A stretch of DNA of 64,000 nt from Utricularia gibba (Eukaryota > Plantae > Magnoliophyta), in contig NEEC01000029.1 of assembly GCA_002189035.1 (NCBI GenBank), positions 186,001 to 250,000 on the forward strand, written 5' to 3'. Every line of letters starts with the position of its first letter. Within the stretch, counting starts at the first letter, position 1. A program made the translations under genes and the position numbers. Below the pieces are notes generated by a model that did not search any database, had not been told where the DNA came from, and was given only the letters and a program-made list of their open reading frames with translations. Shown here piece by piece: positions 15,392-28,473 of the stretch.

Positions 15392-17162
15392 ATGTCAGCT
15401 TCATCTTCTTACTCCATATCGCGATCAAGTCTCCGGCAGCAGCGATGGAAGAGTAATTCCTTGCCGGGATCGTCGCGGCTCAATTTGCGGCTCTCGAAGT
15501 TCGATTCGAGTGAGAAACAGGCGAAAAGATGCCAGATTCTGTGCGCCTCCGTGGCTGATCACAGTTTTGCGGCCGTTGGAAACGAATACCGGACTCTCCG
15601 TTCACTGCCGGAGGACTGGAATTTGGTGCAGAGAGTGGCGGCGAGAGCGTTCGATGCCGTCGAAAATATGCTACTTTCGCGGGAAGCAGAGCACCCACTT
15701 CCTAAAACGGCGGATCCCAGTATTCAGATTTCTGGGAACTACGCGCCAGTACCAGAACAGCCGGTGAAACACAATCTAAACGTGACCGGAAGTATTCCGG
15801 CGTGCATTAATGGCGTTTATGTTCGAAACGGAGCTAACCCATTGTACGAGCCACTGGGAGGGCACCACTTATTTGACGGCGACGGTATGCTTCACGCCGT
15901 TAGTTTCTCAGGAGGAGACTCCGTTAGTTACTCTTGCCGCTTCACGGAGACTGAGAGGCTGATTCAGGAGCGCAAATTGGGGAGACCGGTTTTCCCAAAG
16001 GCCATCGGAGAACTCCACGGCCATCTGGGTATTGCGCGGCTGCTGCTTTTTTACGGCAGGGGATTGTTTGGATTGGTCGATCACCGCCGTGGAACTGGGG
16101 TGGCGAACGCCGGCGTCATCTATTTTAACCAGAGGTTATTAGCGATGTCGGAAGATGATTTACCGTATCACGTGAGAATCACTTCCACCGGCGACTTGGA
16201 AACCGTCGGAAGATATGATTTTGAGGAACAACTACAGAGCACGATGATAGCCCACCCGAAAGTAGACCCTGTCTCCGGAGAAATGTTCGCTCTAAGCTAC
16301 GACGTCGTTCAGAAACCGTATCTGAAGTATTTCAAATTCTCCGGCGACGGCAAGAAATCCCCGGACGTCGAAATCCCACTCGATGTTCCGACCATGATGC
16401 ACGATTTCGCCATTACCGAAAACTTCGTTGTGATCCCGGATCATCAATTGGTTTTCAAGCTCCAAGAAATGATCAAAGGGGGTCCCCTGTAATCTACGAC
16501 AGGGACAAAGTATCAAGATTCGGAATCTTGTCTAAAAACGCCGCAAACTCCGACGACATAATCTGGATCGATTGTCCGAATACATTCTGTTTTCATCTCT
16601 GGAACGCTTGGGAGGAGCCAGAGACCAACGAAGTCGTGGTAATCGGTTCTTGCATGACGCCGGCGGACTCCATTTTCAACGAAAGTGCTGAAAAATTGAA
16701 CAGCGTATTGTCGGAAATTCGTCTTAATTTGATCTCCGGCGAGTCACGACAGCGCCGTATCATTTCCACCGACCAGCAGATCAATCTGGAAGCCGGGATG
16801 GTCAACCGAAATCTCCTTGGGCGGAAAACGCGTTACGTTTATTTAGCTATCGCAGAGCCGTGGCCCAAAGTATCCGGGTTCGCGAAGGTGGACTTGTCTA
16901 CCGGAAAAGTTGAGAAGTACATGTACGGCGATCGGAGGTTCGGGGTGAGCCGTTCTTTCTGCCAAATTCTGAGGGAACAGGAGGGGAAGACGAGGGATAC
17001 ATTCTGGGCTTCGTGCACGACGATGCAACGGGAATATCAGAAGTTCAGATCGTGAACGCCAAGAATCTAGTGATGGAAGCTTCGATTAAGCTCCCCTCCC
17101 GAGTACCGTACGGCTTCCATGGAACCTTTATACCATCGAAAATGCTGGAAAATCAAGCCTGA
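15392..17162 (+). CDS. NCED: 9-cis-epoxycarotenoid dioxygenase, intronless, with two apparent 1-bp frameshifts (16478-16482, 16942-16945)
   Basis: Transit peptide followed by [56 protein letters not shown] and [10 protein letters not shown]. Adding one G at each run restores KGGSPVIYD and FGGEPFF. Confidence 0.95.
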
Positions 17163-17789
17163 AAGTGCAGTGCAGTGTACATAGAAGCTGTTCAAAGAAG
17201 AGGAAGTGAGAGACTTTGCAGAGGGATTTTGCAGCATCGTCCCCGCGGTCCCTCCCCTCTCTGTGTCACTTCAGTTCACTGGTTTTCATATTGCTCGTTG
17301 CTTCATTCATTTATTTGTTTGTCTTCAAAATGGTGTAAAGAAGTGTTATTTTATTACTTCCATAGAAATGTGACACCCAGCTACATCATTCAACTATCGC
17401 GCACCGCAGTGCAAGGGCAATGGGAGATTTGTTATTACAATCATTATTACAGAAGTGCACATCCATGTCCCTTCAGACATGTACCTGGATTTATAGCGAA
17501 TAGTAATGGCGATGGATGGATGCATCGACCCTTCGTTTTCCAAGTACCCGGTACCCTGTTGGCTCTCGCTTCTAATTCACTTCCAACTACTGCATTCTGT
17601 TCTGAGACCACAGAAGTGCCCATGCATTTGCCCACCAGCACAGAAAGCCCATTTCTTTGTATGCTGAGTTGATGTTACAATGGGGCACCCCCATTTGAGC
17701 AGCCCAAGTCTTTGGAATTGGTAGAGAAATACGACTGTTCAGCAAAGCAAGCCAAGAACAAGATTTGATGTCATCTACAGCAATGAAGG

Positions 17790-18146
17790 TTAGCTTTCGT
17801 TCACAAGGGAGAGAAGAGACAGTTGCTCCTCAAGGGAGCAATCAGCATGGCAGGAAGTTCGACAGGCGGATGGAATAAGAATGAGGCCGACACCACGATG
17901 CTCCATGGGAAACGTTGATGTTCGTCTTGTGCTACGATACTCAAATGCATCTTGAAGAATAATGTTGCCTTGTTTGTCCATGCAGTAGAATGATCCTAAA
18001 AAGAACCTCCCGTCTTTGACTCCGACCAGCATTTGACGGTAGATCAGTTTCTTTGTCTGTGCAATGTATCTCGAGGTTTGTGTATTGGAAGAACCATAGC
18101 TTCCTTCTTTATCCAAAGGCACTCTTGACTCTTCTGCCGCCTCCAT
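17790..18146 (-). CDS. NAA38: Sm/LSm-domain protein, NatC auxiliary subunit (NAA38/Mak31)-like
   Basis: KKLIYRQMLVGVKDGRFFLGSFYCMDKQGNIILQDAFEYR...EHRGVGLILIP Sm fold; ATG at 18146; probable 5' UTR intron upstream. Confidence 0.8.
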   Translation of the reverse strand: MEAAEESRVPLDKEGSYGSSNTQTSRYIAQTKKLIYRQMLVGVKDGRFFLGSFYCMDKQGNIILQDAFEYRSTRRTSTFPMEHRGVGLILIPSACRTSCHADCSLEEQLSLLSLVNES

Positions 18147-19889
18147 CAACCCTGAAAGAGAGAATTTTGCAATTGTTGTTAAAATTCTAGAGACGGGCCT
18201 ACTCACTTAAGAAGAATTCGCACGATCATAGCATCTATAGGAAAGGAATCACACCCAGAAGGGTGTTCTGCACTAGTTACCAATACTCTACCTCACATCA
18301 GATCATCTTACAGAATAGATTACAAATGGATCTATCGGAGCTCCGGATAGGAAGGTTTAACACAGAGGATCCCTCATGCAAATTTGACTTATCTGAAGCA
18401 CCATTTGCGAAATATCCGAGGATCTTGCTGAAAATATGTTATCTAATCGGAAGCAGGGTGAACTTGTTGCAAGATATTTTAAAGCGCGAATAACTAACTC
18501 AGCAACAAAACAATAAAGAAAATTTCATTATCCGTAGAAGGAAATCTACCACAAATTCACTGCACCCAAGGGACAAGAATCACCGCGCCTTAAACTACCG
18601 GAGTCGTCCAGTACGCTCAACTCCGTTTCCGCCGGCGATCTTGAAGCCCTAGCCAAGAAATTTGTGCCCACAGCCTATGCGCAGGAATGCCTCCCGTATA
18701 AGGCGCGAGGGACAGTTTGTGGGCCTTAAATATTGGGCCTCATCACCCCAAAACCTCGATCCAGTACCGCTCCTCCTAGCACCGGCAATCCTGGGGATAT
18801 TCAAAGTAAGCATCTCCATTACATTCAAGTCTCCGGTGGGGTTGTTCGAAGGAAGCTGATACTTGCAGTTGGTCTGGTCTGAATGGAGTCATGCATTTGT
18901 CTCCAAGCCGCGAAAGGAGACATCGTAGAGACACAATAATTCCTCCTCGCGACTCTCTTTTTCTAGCAAAACTGCTCCACGGTTCGAGCGAGGTTCATCA
19001 GTCTCCTTCAGCTTGTAATAGATTCCTTGGATTCTGCTGCAAGTTGCAGCGGGGACCTCGGAGAGAATGGCCTTCCCGTCTGGCACAAGTAGGAACGAAT
19101 GCGGGTCGGGGCGTCCAAGATCCGTTATGTTTTCCGAATCGGATGGTCCGGAAACCGTTGGATTTGAAATAAGCTTAGCCAGCTGTAGGCAGAGTAGGAC
19201 AGGCGAAATTATTGATTCTCTGATTCCTTAGGATTGGTGGCTTGCTGACTGGATATACCAGATAAGCCTATAGATACACAAGTCTCTCTCTATTGACACA
19301 CCAACACCTAGCCACATTCTATTCATACATGATTAATATTTGGTATTAGAACTAAACCCGAATACATGATGGATGGTGATATAAATCTCAACGAATACGT
19401 CGAGTTTTCGATATTTGGTGAATCCTACCTAAGTAAGGATGGAAATACGATTATGCATAAATCTTATATTGATTATGAATGAGTGACTTCAAAATTGGGT
19501 TAATGAAAGTAAAATGATGGAGTATATGCATCATGGATGAAGTTGCATTATATGAAAAGCGCTTTAGTGGTATGAAACACGATTTCGGTTACAAAACCAA
19601 AGGCAATGATTGGACAATTAAATGAATTTTTTTGGGGGAAAAAAGGGCTATAAATTAAGCAAAAAATGGGGGACAAAAAAAAGGTAAAGACTTCATTTGT
19701 CAGTGTAATGGCGTCTTCGTCTCTCTCATTTCGCCACTGAAAACGCATACACACTGCGTGCTGTTCTGTTAAGTCTCTGCGCGCTCCGCTTCGCTTGCTC
19801 TCGTTCAGTTTATTTGGGGTTTCTCGTATGGTGTTTCGTAAAAGATACTGAGTGGCTAATTTGAGGGAATTCTGGTAATTTTGGAGGAT

Positions 19890-21032
19890 ATGGATTCGGT
19901 TCTACCAGATCTGGGAGGTAAGGTGCATCCAGAGCCGATTGACCACATCGATCGGCTTCCTGATTCATTGATACTCTTGATCTTCAACAAAATAGGGGAT
20001 GTTAAAGCTTTGGGTAAGTGTTGCGTCGTCTCCAAGAGATTCCACTCTCTGGTTCCACAGGTGGATAACGTCATAGTGCGTGTGGACTGTGTCATCTCTG
20101 ATGATGGGCCTTCAGCTGCATCTTCATCGTCGGCTGCTTCATTAGCTATTGTTCACAAACCTCGGTGCCCAATTTCGGCTCTTTTTCGGATATTTTCTGT
20201 TTTCTTTAAGCCCTTGCAGTCCCTTTCTCGTCTTATAGCACCTTCGCAGCGTCGTTTGGCTCTATCTGATGATTTTGATGGCGATTCAGACCAAAATAGC
20301 GTGACCCACCACTCGCCTACCCAGGTCCTGAAAAATTTCAATGAAATCAAGTTCCTGAGGATTGAACTTCCTGGAGGGGAACTAGGGCTTGATGAAGGGG
20401 TTCTCCTTAAGTGGAAGGCTAATTTCGGATCAACGCTTGATAATTGTGCAATTCTTGGTGCATCAAGTATTGTTCAAAGTTCCACCAAGAACTGTGAATC
20501 CCCAGGTAGTTCTGGAAGCAATGATGCCACTGGTGCAGGGGAAACGGATAATGGGGGCATACCAGAGTCCTTTTACACCAATGGAGGTCTGAAATTGCGC
20601 GTTGTGTGGACTATCAGTTCATTGATAGCAGCGTCTGCGAGGCATTATCTGCTGCAGCCTATCATAGAAGAGCATAAGACAATGGAGAGCCTTGTTTTGA
20701 CAGATGTCGATGGTCAGGGAGTCTTGTCCATGAACAAGGAGCAATTGGAGGAGCTGAGAGTAAAGCCTCTGTCTGCATCGTCGGCATCCAAGAGGACCCT
20801 TGTTCCTGCTCTGAACATGCGGTTGTGGTATGCACAGCATCTCGATTTGCCTAATGGGGTGATCTTAAAAGGGGCGACCTTGGTTGCAGTAAGGCCAAGT
20901 GATCAGCCGAATAAGGATTTGGTGTGTTCAGAAGTGGATTGGATCGCTTCAGCTTTTGAAGAGCCGTTTCAAACCGCTGCCCGAATGCTGGTGAAGAGGA
21001 GAACGTATTGCCTGGAAATGAACTCTTTCTAA
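19890..21032 (+). CDS. F-box protein (plant At4g18380/At5g46170-type family), intronless CDS
   Basis: DHIDRLPDSLILLIFNKIGDVKALGKCCVVSKRF F-box, THHSPTQVLKNF, YTNGGLKLRVVWTISSLIAASARHYLL and C-terminal KRRTYCLEMNSF. Confidence 0.92.
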   Translation: MDSVLPDLGGKVHPEPIDHIDRLPDSLILLIFNKIGDVKALGKCCVVSKRFHSLVPQVDNVIVRVDCVISDDGPSAASSSSAASLAIVHKPRCPISALFRIFSVFFKPLQSLSRLIAPSQRRLALSDDFDGDSDQNSVTHHSPTQVLKNFNEIKFLRIELPGGELGLDEGVLLKWKANFGSTLDNCAILGASSIVQSSTKNCESPGSSGSNDATGAGETDNGGIPESFYTNGGLKLRVVWTISSLIAASARHYLLQPIIEEHKTMESLVLTDVDGQGVLSMNKEQLEELRVKPLSASSASKRTLVPALNMRLWYAQHLDLPNGVILKGATLVAVRPSDQPNKDLVCSEVDWIASAFEEPFQTAARMLVKRRTYCLEMNSF

Positions 21033-22395
21033 AGGTTGGTTTTTTATCATAAACATTTCAGTTCCTTGTTCACTACTCAAGTTATTACCCTTTCTTTCAT
21101 CCAGATTTCGGTTGATTAGAAGGGTCGTGATAATCATCATCAGCGTTTGCCCATTTGGCCTTATGACTACCATTGCTGAGTGATGCCCTATGTAGTAATT
21201 TCTTAGCCATCATCTACCTTGTGGTTAGGAATCACATCCACTTGCAGTTTCGTTAGCATCTTCTCCAGGAAACAGATTGTTTTTTAGTACATGATGCTTT
21301 TCTAAACCATAGCTTGTGTATCATGACAGTTGGTTCTATGGAGTGAAGCAAAGTTGATGTGGTGAAGGTGATCAATTCCATGTACATGGGAATTGTTGTG
21401 TAGCTGCCTCCCTGTGAATACTTTTTAGGCATCCAATCCAGCACATGTGTACTTCGTCTGTTGTGTGGTGGTGACTGATGTCCCCTATAAGATTATCTAG
21501 AAGTACTTCTTCTGCATAACAATAAACTCCCAGTTGATCCAAATCAGCTTCTTGTGTATCCTGATGACTATGGTTTCTTTTTGCAACATCTTCCCAACAT
21601 TATACGCAGAGGAACTGTCTTGAATGGGACTCAAGTTCAATAAGTAGCCATGTGTGTTTTTTTTTTTTTTTTTTTTGGGCTTGTTCGAGTTTGGTTGATG
21701 AGGTAGCTGCAATGCTTTCCTCTCTGTTTTCTTGGTACGACCTGGTTGCGTTTGTTGAACCGACAAGGTTCTCGGCCATCCGGTCCAACGGAGATGTGCA
21801 ACACTAATTATCCATCTCAGACAAGGGAAGACTGCTTAAAATTGGACTGCAAGAAGTCATGCATATGATGATTCTGTAAGATCATACAGGAAGCAGGCGT
21901 GCTTCTGGTTCCAAAACGGCAAGGGAATTAGCATTACAACACGCGGAGTTTTATTACATGCCCCAAAAGAGTTCCGGCTGCAACATAACACGCAGAGATG
22001 GGTCTGGACTCCTTTCACCGCAGCCCCACACCACGGCTACCTGTGAATCATCAAGATTTCTTAAAGGGTGATTAAGTGATAAACTGCGTTGTTAAAATAC
22101 TTCACAGTGTGACTTGATCATCTCTAAGAAAACGCGGAAAAGAGAATCCTTGAAAACACTGTTTTATCAACTTGTCCTGATTTGATGAAACCGAGAAAAA
22201 TGGGGAAACTTGTAATGATAGATGTGACATGTCAAAAACAGAGGAGCTAGAGATCCATCCATCAATGGCGGAAACGAGAAACGGGGCTTGAATTCATGAT
22301 TGGACTATGACGGCAAGAATGCAAGAATATGGAAATCGGCGGTAAAGACAAGGTTTTTTTGTAGAAGAAGTTACCGGGATTGAGGAAGTATATCA

Positions 22396-23602
22396 TCAGT
22401 TGTTCCCCCTTCCCCTGTGTGCAGAGTGCCGGCTTCCATTGTCACTACCGGCATCGTATCCGGCTAGAAACTGGTGATGTTGGTTATCCACCCCTGCGAA
22501 GAAGCTCACCGGAGAACCGTCGGAAAAGCTCTGTATGTGAGGCAACAATGAGGGCGAGGAAGAATTGGACTGAAGGGTCCCCCTGTTGAATCCGGCGAGG
22601 CCTGAAGAAGCAGCAGAAGATGAGATTGAGAAGGTCAGATTACTATACTCGTGGCTGCTTCCATTGTGTTGATTTGTATTTATATTTGAACCATTGACCA
22701 CTTGTACTAAGTGGTCAGGTACAAACGAATATTGTTGCAGCTCCGGTTGGTGGTCCCCCGCCGCTAATCCGAACATCGGCGAATAAAAACGGCTGTGGAT
22801 TTCTCCGCCGCGACCAGAAGGCGGCGGAGTTAGCAAACCAGAACACAAGTAATCCCATTGCTTTGAAGATTTCAGGAAGAAGCTTGAATCAGTCGCAGTA
22901 CCATCTGCGGCGGCGCCGGAGCTGGAATTCTCATGAACGGAGCTGTTGTTTGGGCTCGAACCACTTTTGTTTATTCCTCCACCTACTCCGTTGAGAAGCT
23001 CTGTGAATGAAGTTGTTCGAGAAATAGGATTATTTTTGTTCATAGACGCATTCTCCTTTTCCTTCTCCTTCTCTGCAACCCTTTCTTTTGCTCTTTCTCG
23101 AGCTTTAATCCTGATCTCGGATCTGGATAACGAAAGCCCGGAACCTTTACTAGTTTCAGAAGCGCTGCTACATGCTGACGACTTCGTGACCAACTGTTGA
23201 CGGAAGCTCGGATCTACGCCGCTGCCGCAGCCGTCCATTTCCACTTCCGCCGAGTCTAACCCGAGCTGATCGCTACCTCCTGTACTAGACTTCTTCTCGT
23301 CGCTGAGCTGATTCGGGGTCTCTGGGAACGCATTCGGAATTGGCGGCAGCTCAGCGATGGAACTCGCCGCCGCTTTCAATAACCACTCCACCGCCTTGCT
23401 CGGCTGGTCGTAGCCTAACCGATCTTGCAAATCGTAAAACTGGATTGCAGTGTTTACCGATAGCCGCACACGGCGGTCCCTCAGCCCCTTCGAAGTCAAA
23501 ACTTTGCTGTGTCTATCTTTCCCACCGGAAGCCCGTGAAACCCTAACGATTCGTGACGACGGCCAGGCGTAAAATCTCCCCATTGCCGCAGTAAATTCAA
23601 CT

Positions 23603-23634
<32 letters not shown>

Positions 23635-23781
23635 CCCGATTTTAGCACCGCTGCCTCTTTCACTTTCCCCTTCCGCCTCGTCGTCCTGAAACTGATCTTC
23701 CATTTTCTCATTCCCTGATTCTAACCTCCCATCTCCATTGTTACCTCTCTGAAACTTACATCGAATCCCATCTCCACCCAT
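22396..23781 (-). CDS. TCP2: CINCINNATA-class TCP transcription factor, TCP2/TCP24-like
   Basis: TCP domain [49 protein letters not shown] domain ([11 protein letters not shown]) and NRGTLQSN miR319 motif. Confidence 0.93.
22565..22584 (-). promoter_or_regulatory. miR319 target site within TCP CDS
   Basis: The mRNA sequence AGGGGGACCCTTCAGTCCAA is complementary to miR319 (UUGGACUGAAGGGAGCUCCC), with a perfect match to its first 13 nt. Confidence 0.9.
23603..23632. repeat. (CCG)10 microsatellite encoding poly-Gly in TCP
   Basis: Ten CCG units read directly from the sequence. Confidence 0.9.
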
Positions 23782-26069
23782 AACAAAAGCTTATCATTCC
23801 TTCTCCAAAATGCCTCTTCTCCTCTCCATCTAAGATCATAAGCAAAGGGGCGAAATATCTGAAATCCTTAATTAGGGTTCTACTGAGAAAAATCGTCTGC
23901 CTTCACAGAAGCCCAGATGCCACTACACCTTGACCGTCCTCGAAATTGATGGATTTCCAGGGAAATCTTCTGCTTTTTCAGAGAGGTGTAATGCAAAATA
24001 CATACAAAAGTCTAATATCCTTCACAGAGAAAGAGGTCAGGACGGCGGGTAAGCGAAAGCTTTTTGCAGTGCTTCCAAAACAAGAAACCCGCGCCAAGAC
24101 TGCAACTCCTAGCAGATCTGCAAACAAAACCATTAAATCAAGTCACACCAAAAACTACGAGATCTGGAGTCGAAGAAACTCAAACCCAGAAAAGCAAAAG
24201 TAGAAACTTTATACAAAAATTTCATCTGGGGGTTGGTTGGTTCCTTTAAGTTGTTGTTTATGAATGAGATGTGAGAAGAAGCTACGACTTAGGCAGATTT
24301 CTTTTCAGAAACACGATAGAGACCGGTGGTTGTGAGAAGGTGAAAAAGAGAAGGCCTTACGCCATTAAAGCTTCGCCGGCCCAGAACTTGCAGACACAAA
24401 TGACCTCTTCTTCTTCTTCTACACCGCGCAAGAAAGTTTCTTCCTACCTCTAGACTCCGTGATATCGTTAAAAACACTCAAAACAACAAAACTGGGATTG
24501 AAAAAAACAGGTTCTTGAAAAGCTCATGAACTTTTTCCCTTGTGGGAAATATTGAAAACTCGAAATGCTGGAGAAAACAGAAATCCCACCTCTGAACCCC
24601 TTGTAGACACCGGAAAAGTTGCATAGAAACCCACCAACGCCAACGTCTGAGTAGTCACTTCTCTGTGTTAATATTTTTATATTGGGTAGAATATTGCTAA
24701 ACAGCACCCAAAAACGAACAAGGGCACGGCCACAGCATAAGGCCAACGCTTCGGACCGCATCTGCATGGTTGTCCCCATCTCGACAAGAATTCCTAATTC
24801 CATCTTCTTCCTCAATGAATCCCCACCTTCTCCATTCAGACAAACACCTCTCACATTAAATTTGAACTCATCACATGATTCGGTTCAGCCAAAATTCCTT
24901 TGAAAAAGAACCAGGACCCCAATAAGCTCATGTTCCTTTCTTTTCTATTATTTTACAAGCAGTTCAAAAATCAAGAAAATTATTTACATGAGGAACAAAG
25001 ATTTAAGATAAAAAAAAATTCTCTCGCATTTTTTTATTTTTTTAAGGAAGATAACAACATAGATACTCTTGTCTTAGCATAAGCCCATAGGTGGCAGGGG
25101 TATTTATGGAATTTCCCAGTAATTTTTTGTTCCAACGGAAATTTACCATCTATAAGACTATAACCATATCTTCTTGGAGTAATATTTTCTTGTTTTTGTA
25201 TTTTGATTTCTTGTGTGGGCTCAAGAGGGCCCAATAAATAAAGGGTCAATAATGGGTCACATTTGAAATGGCCCATTAACGGGCCCGTTAATAACCCAGA
25301 GTCTGACTCAGCAATCACCCGTTGCCCTCGGAGGACGTATAATGCTCTGCACTTACAAGTTTTTTTTTAAATATTTCATAAGCATCCGTACGTATGGCAT
25401 TAAATCCTCGTTCATGAAAAGTAACCAGTAGCAGTAGGCATTTGACATAGAGAGCATAGGGGTGTTATTTATTCGGTGAATCGTAGTTATCAGGTACTTT
25501 GGGGTGCTGGCTGTTAGCTGTTCAGAGAAGAAAAGAAAAAGCACTGATATCGAACCAGGAATCAGTTTTTTGGTTTGTTGATGATTTCTTTGGCATTCAG
25601 ATCTTATCAACGAAATCCTATGGTATTGAATACCCCCAAGTGCTCAGGTTTTGTTTTTTGGAGGTGCCCCAGTATTCGTCTAAAACATTTGGAGGTGATT
25701 AATCAAGGGCTAGATTAGCTGTCGAGGTTAGCGATGTCGGGATCGAAGGGAACACTTCTAGACGCTATATGTTTGACTTTAGCGCAAGTTGGCGATGCAA
25801 CCTTGGAAATGGGTAACTGGGAATATTATTTCTTTAATGTCGGTTGGTGGTTTTTTAAACCTGGTAGGATTCGTATGCGTGCAACGGGAACCAATGGCGC
25901 GAGGTGTTTTCTGGTAATGTAGTTGCCTTGCTTCCCGGTTTTCTGTAGGATTCAAAGACGAGGCTTTGTGTTGAAGGGAAGGTGGGGTGGTTTCCAGCGT
26001 CTACTGCATCGGCATTTTGCATCAGGGAAGAGAGTAAAAGTGGCCTGATTTGAGATACCCGAGATTCTG

Positions 26070-28473
26070 ATGGGGCTGAAAACAGGGGATGGTGGAAAGC
26101 GAAGTTCCATTGCGAGTGAGAGAACTCGTATTGGGGGGTATAAATTGGGAAGAACTTTGGGGGAAGGAACTTATGGTAAAGTGAAATTTGCTTGGAATAT
26201 GGAGACTGGGCAGAATGTTGCCATTAAGATCTTGGATAAAAACAAGGTCTTTCAGCATAATATTATCAGTCAGGTACTGTTGGATTGATTCCACTTTGTT
26301 AAGCATCTGTGATTGCCTTAGTGATGAATTTATATGTATCTTCTTGCTTGTGTGATCAAGTCCCATGTTCCTTTTGACAGGTAAAACGTGAGATTTCTGC
26401 CATGAAAATGACAAGGCATCCTAATGTTATACACATGGTTGAGGTGAGTTTAAACTATTTTCCAATGATTTTGGAATCCATTTGTTGATGGTTGAATATC
26501 ATTTCTTATAGGTTATGGCTAGCAGGACGAAGATATACATTGTTATGGAATTCGTCGCTGGTGGTGAACTATTCCACAAAATTGTATGATCATGATTCAC
26601 CGTCTTCATTAGGAACTTTTTTGTTATATTGTAAAATGGATTCCATCTCTTGCTGTTTCAGGCTTCACGAGGAAGGCTTGAAGAAAATGAAGCCAGAAAG
26701 TATTTTCAGCAGCTCATCAGTGCCGTGGATTACTGTCACAGTCAAGGTGTTTATCACAGAGACCTTAAGGCAAGACCCTGAAGTCTTTTCTCTGAGATTC
26801 TGAAACTTAAGAAAAAAAATTGGTATTCATTTGCATTTCCTTCGATATTCAGCCAGAGAATTTGCTGCTTTCTTCAACTGGAGTTCTTAAAGTATCAGAT
26901 TTTGGCTTCAGCGCTCTACCTCAGCAAGTTCAGGTGTGAAATTAACCGGTGCTCAATCATGATTTTTGTCCAGCCTTTCCTGCAGAACTTGTGTTACCTG
27001 TTATGCAGTGCATATGTTTATGTTCAATTTTTTGTTGTTGACATCAGAAAGATGGACTGCTTCACACAACATGCGGGACTCCGAATTATGTAGCTCCAGA
27101 AGTACTCATCCTTCCACTGCAACAAATATGCTCAGCACAATGCTCCGTAATATAGAAATATATTTTGATCTCGTTCCTTCTTTTTCAAAGGTGATCGGCA
27201 GCAAGGGATATGATGGAGCCAAGGTTGATATTTGGGCTTGCGGTGTTATTCTTTTTGTGCTGATTGCTGGCTACTTACCCTTTGATGACTCGAATCTAAT
27301 GCTGCTGTACAAAAAGGTAACCAAATATTTTTGTTTGGAAGAGACTTAGAAGAAAAGCTAGTAGTCATAACTGGTTAATTCTGCAGATACTCAAGGCAGA
27401 CTTTTCATGTCCTAAATGGTTCTCTTCTGGTGCAAAGAAGCTTATCACAAGAATCCTGGATCCCAATCCATCCACGGTATATTTTAGCTTCATTTTATGC
27501 GCATGACTCATGGAGTTGATGGTTACTCTTCTTGCCATGTGAACAGCGTATCACCATTGATGAGATCCTTGAGAACGACTGGTTCAAAAAGGACTACAAG
27601 CGACCTGTTTTTGTTCATGAGGAAGCCATTTCTGATGATGTCGATTCAGTGTTCAGTGAATCCATGGTGGGCGGGCACTCTGTCCTTCACTTGTACCGTT
27701 TCTCTTTACTGCTTCTCATGTCCACGCCTCGTTTGGCTTCCAGGATCCATCTGGTCTCCATGTCAAAAGGGAAGAGGAAAGGACTCGAGATGCACCTCCG
27801 CTGATGAATGCCTTTCAGCTGATATCTGCTTCAAAGAGCCTTAACCTCAGCTCTCTATTCGAAAACGAAATGGTACGTAGTAGCCATGGACTCAAACCTT
27901 ATTAAACTACCTAACAGGCAATGCATTCATTCCAGGGGCCTGTGAAACGTGAAACCAGATTCACTTCCAAGTTTTCTGCAAACGAGATCGTCTCAAAGAT
28001 CGAGCGAGCTGCCACCCACATGCAGTTCGATCTAAAGAAGAGCAACTACAAGGTGGCCACCTCTGCTTACCCTCTTTACTAAATATCCATTCCATGCTGC
28101 TGATACACTGCTATCTTCCCCTTGAACCAGATGAAACTCTATGGCCAAAAACCAGGGCGTAAGGGTCATCTCTCTGTCACTATAGAGGTTAGCCAGCATT
28201 CAAAATGCAAACACACATTGCCAAATATCATGTCATCTAAACCATCACTTTTATCAGATCTTCGGGCTAACTCCATCACTACGCATGGTCGAGCTGCGGA
28301 AATCCGGAGGCGATCCATACGAGTTCAACAAGGTAGGAATATGCAACCAGGTGGTGAAGCTCTTAGATACACCTCTCATTTCCTCCTGTTTTTGCAACAT
28401 ACAGTTGTGCAAGGATCTCCATTCTGGCTTGAAAGACATTGTTTGGAATAGCAGAAGCAATGGCGTGGCATAA
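26070..28473 (+). CDS. CIPK: CBL-interacting protein kinase, CIPK23-like, 14 exons, GC-AG intron at 26770
   Basis: [26 protein letters not shown]|[25 protein letters not shown] motif (MNAFQLIS) and C-terminal GRKGHLSV. All exons splice in frame. Confidence 0.93.

Noticed and set aside
15392-17162. NCED as a true pseudogene or programmed-frameshift gene
   Set aside because: Both breaks are G-run shortenings like those in other genes here; assembly error is more parsimonious.
18740-19172. Overlapping short ORFs between NAA38 and the F-box gene
   Set aside because: No frame resembles a known family; most likely promoter or leader sequence.
26770-26771. GC-AG intron in the CIPK gene (and a likely GC donor in the TOM1-like gene near position 22)
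   Set aside because: GC-AG introns are a well-known minor class and not novel.
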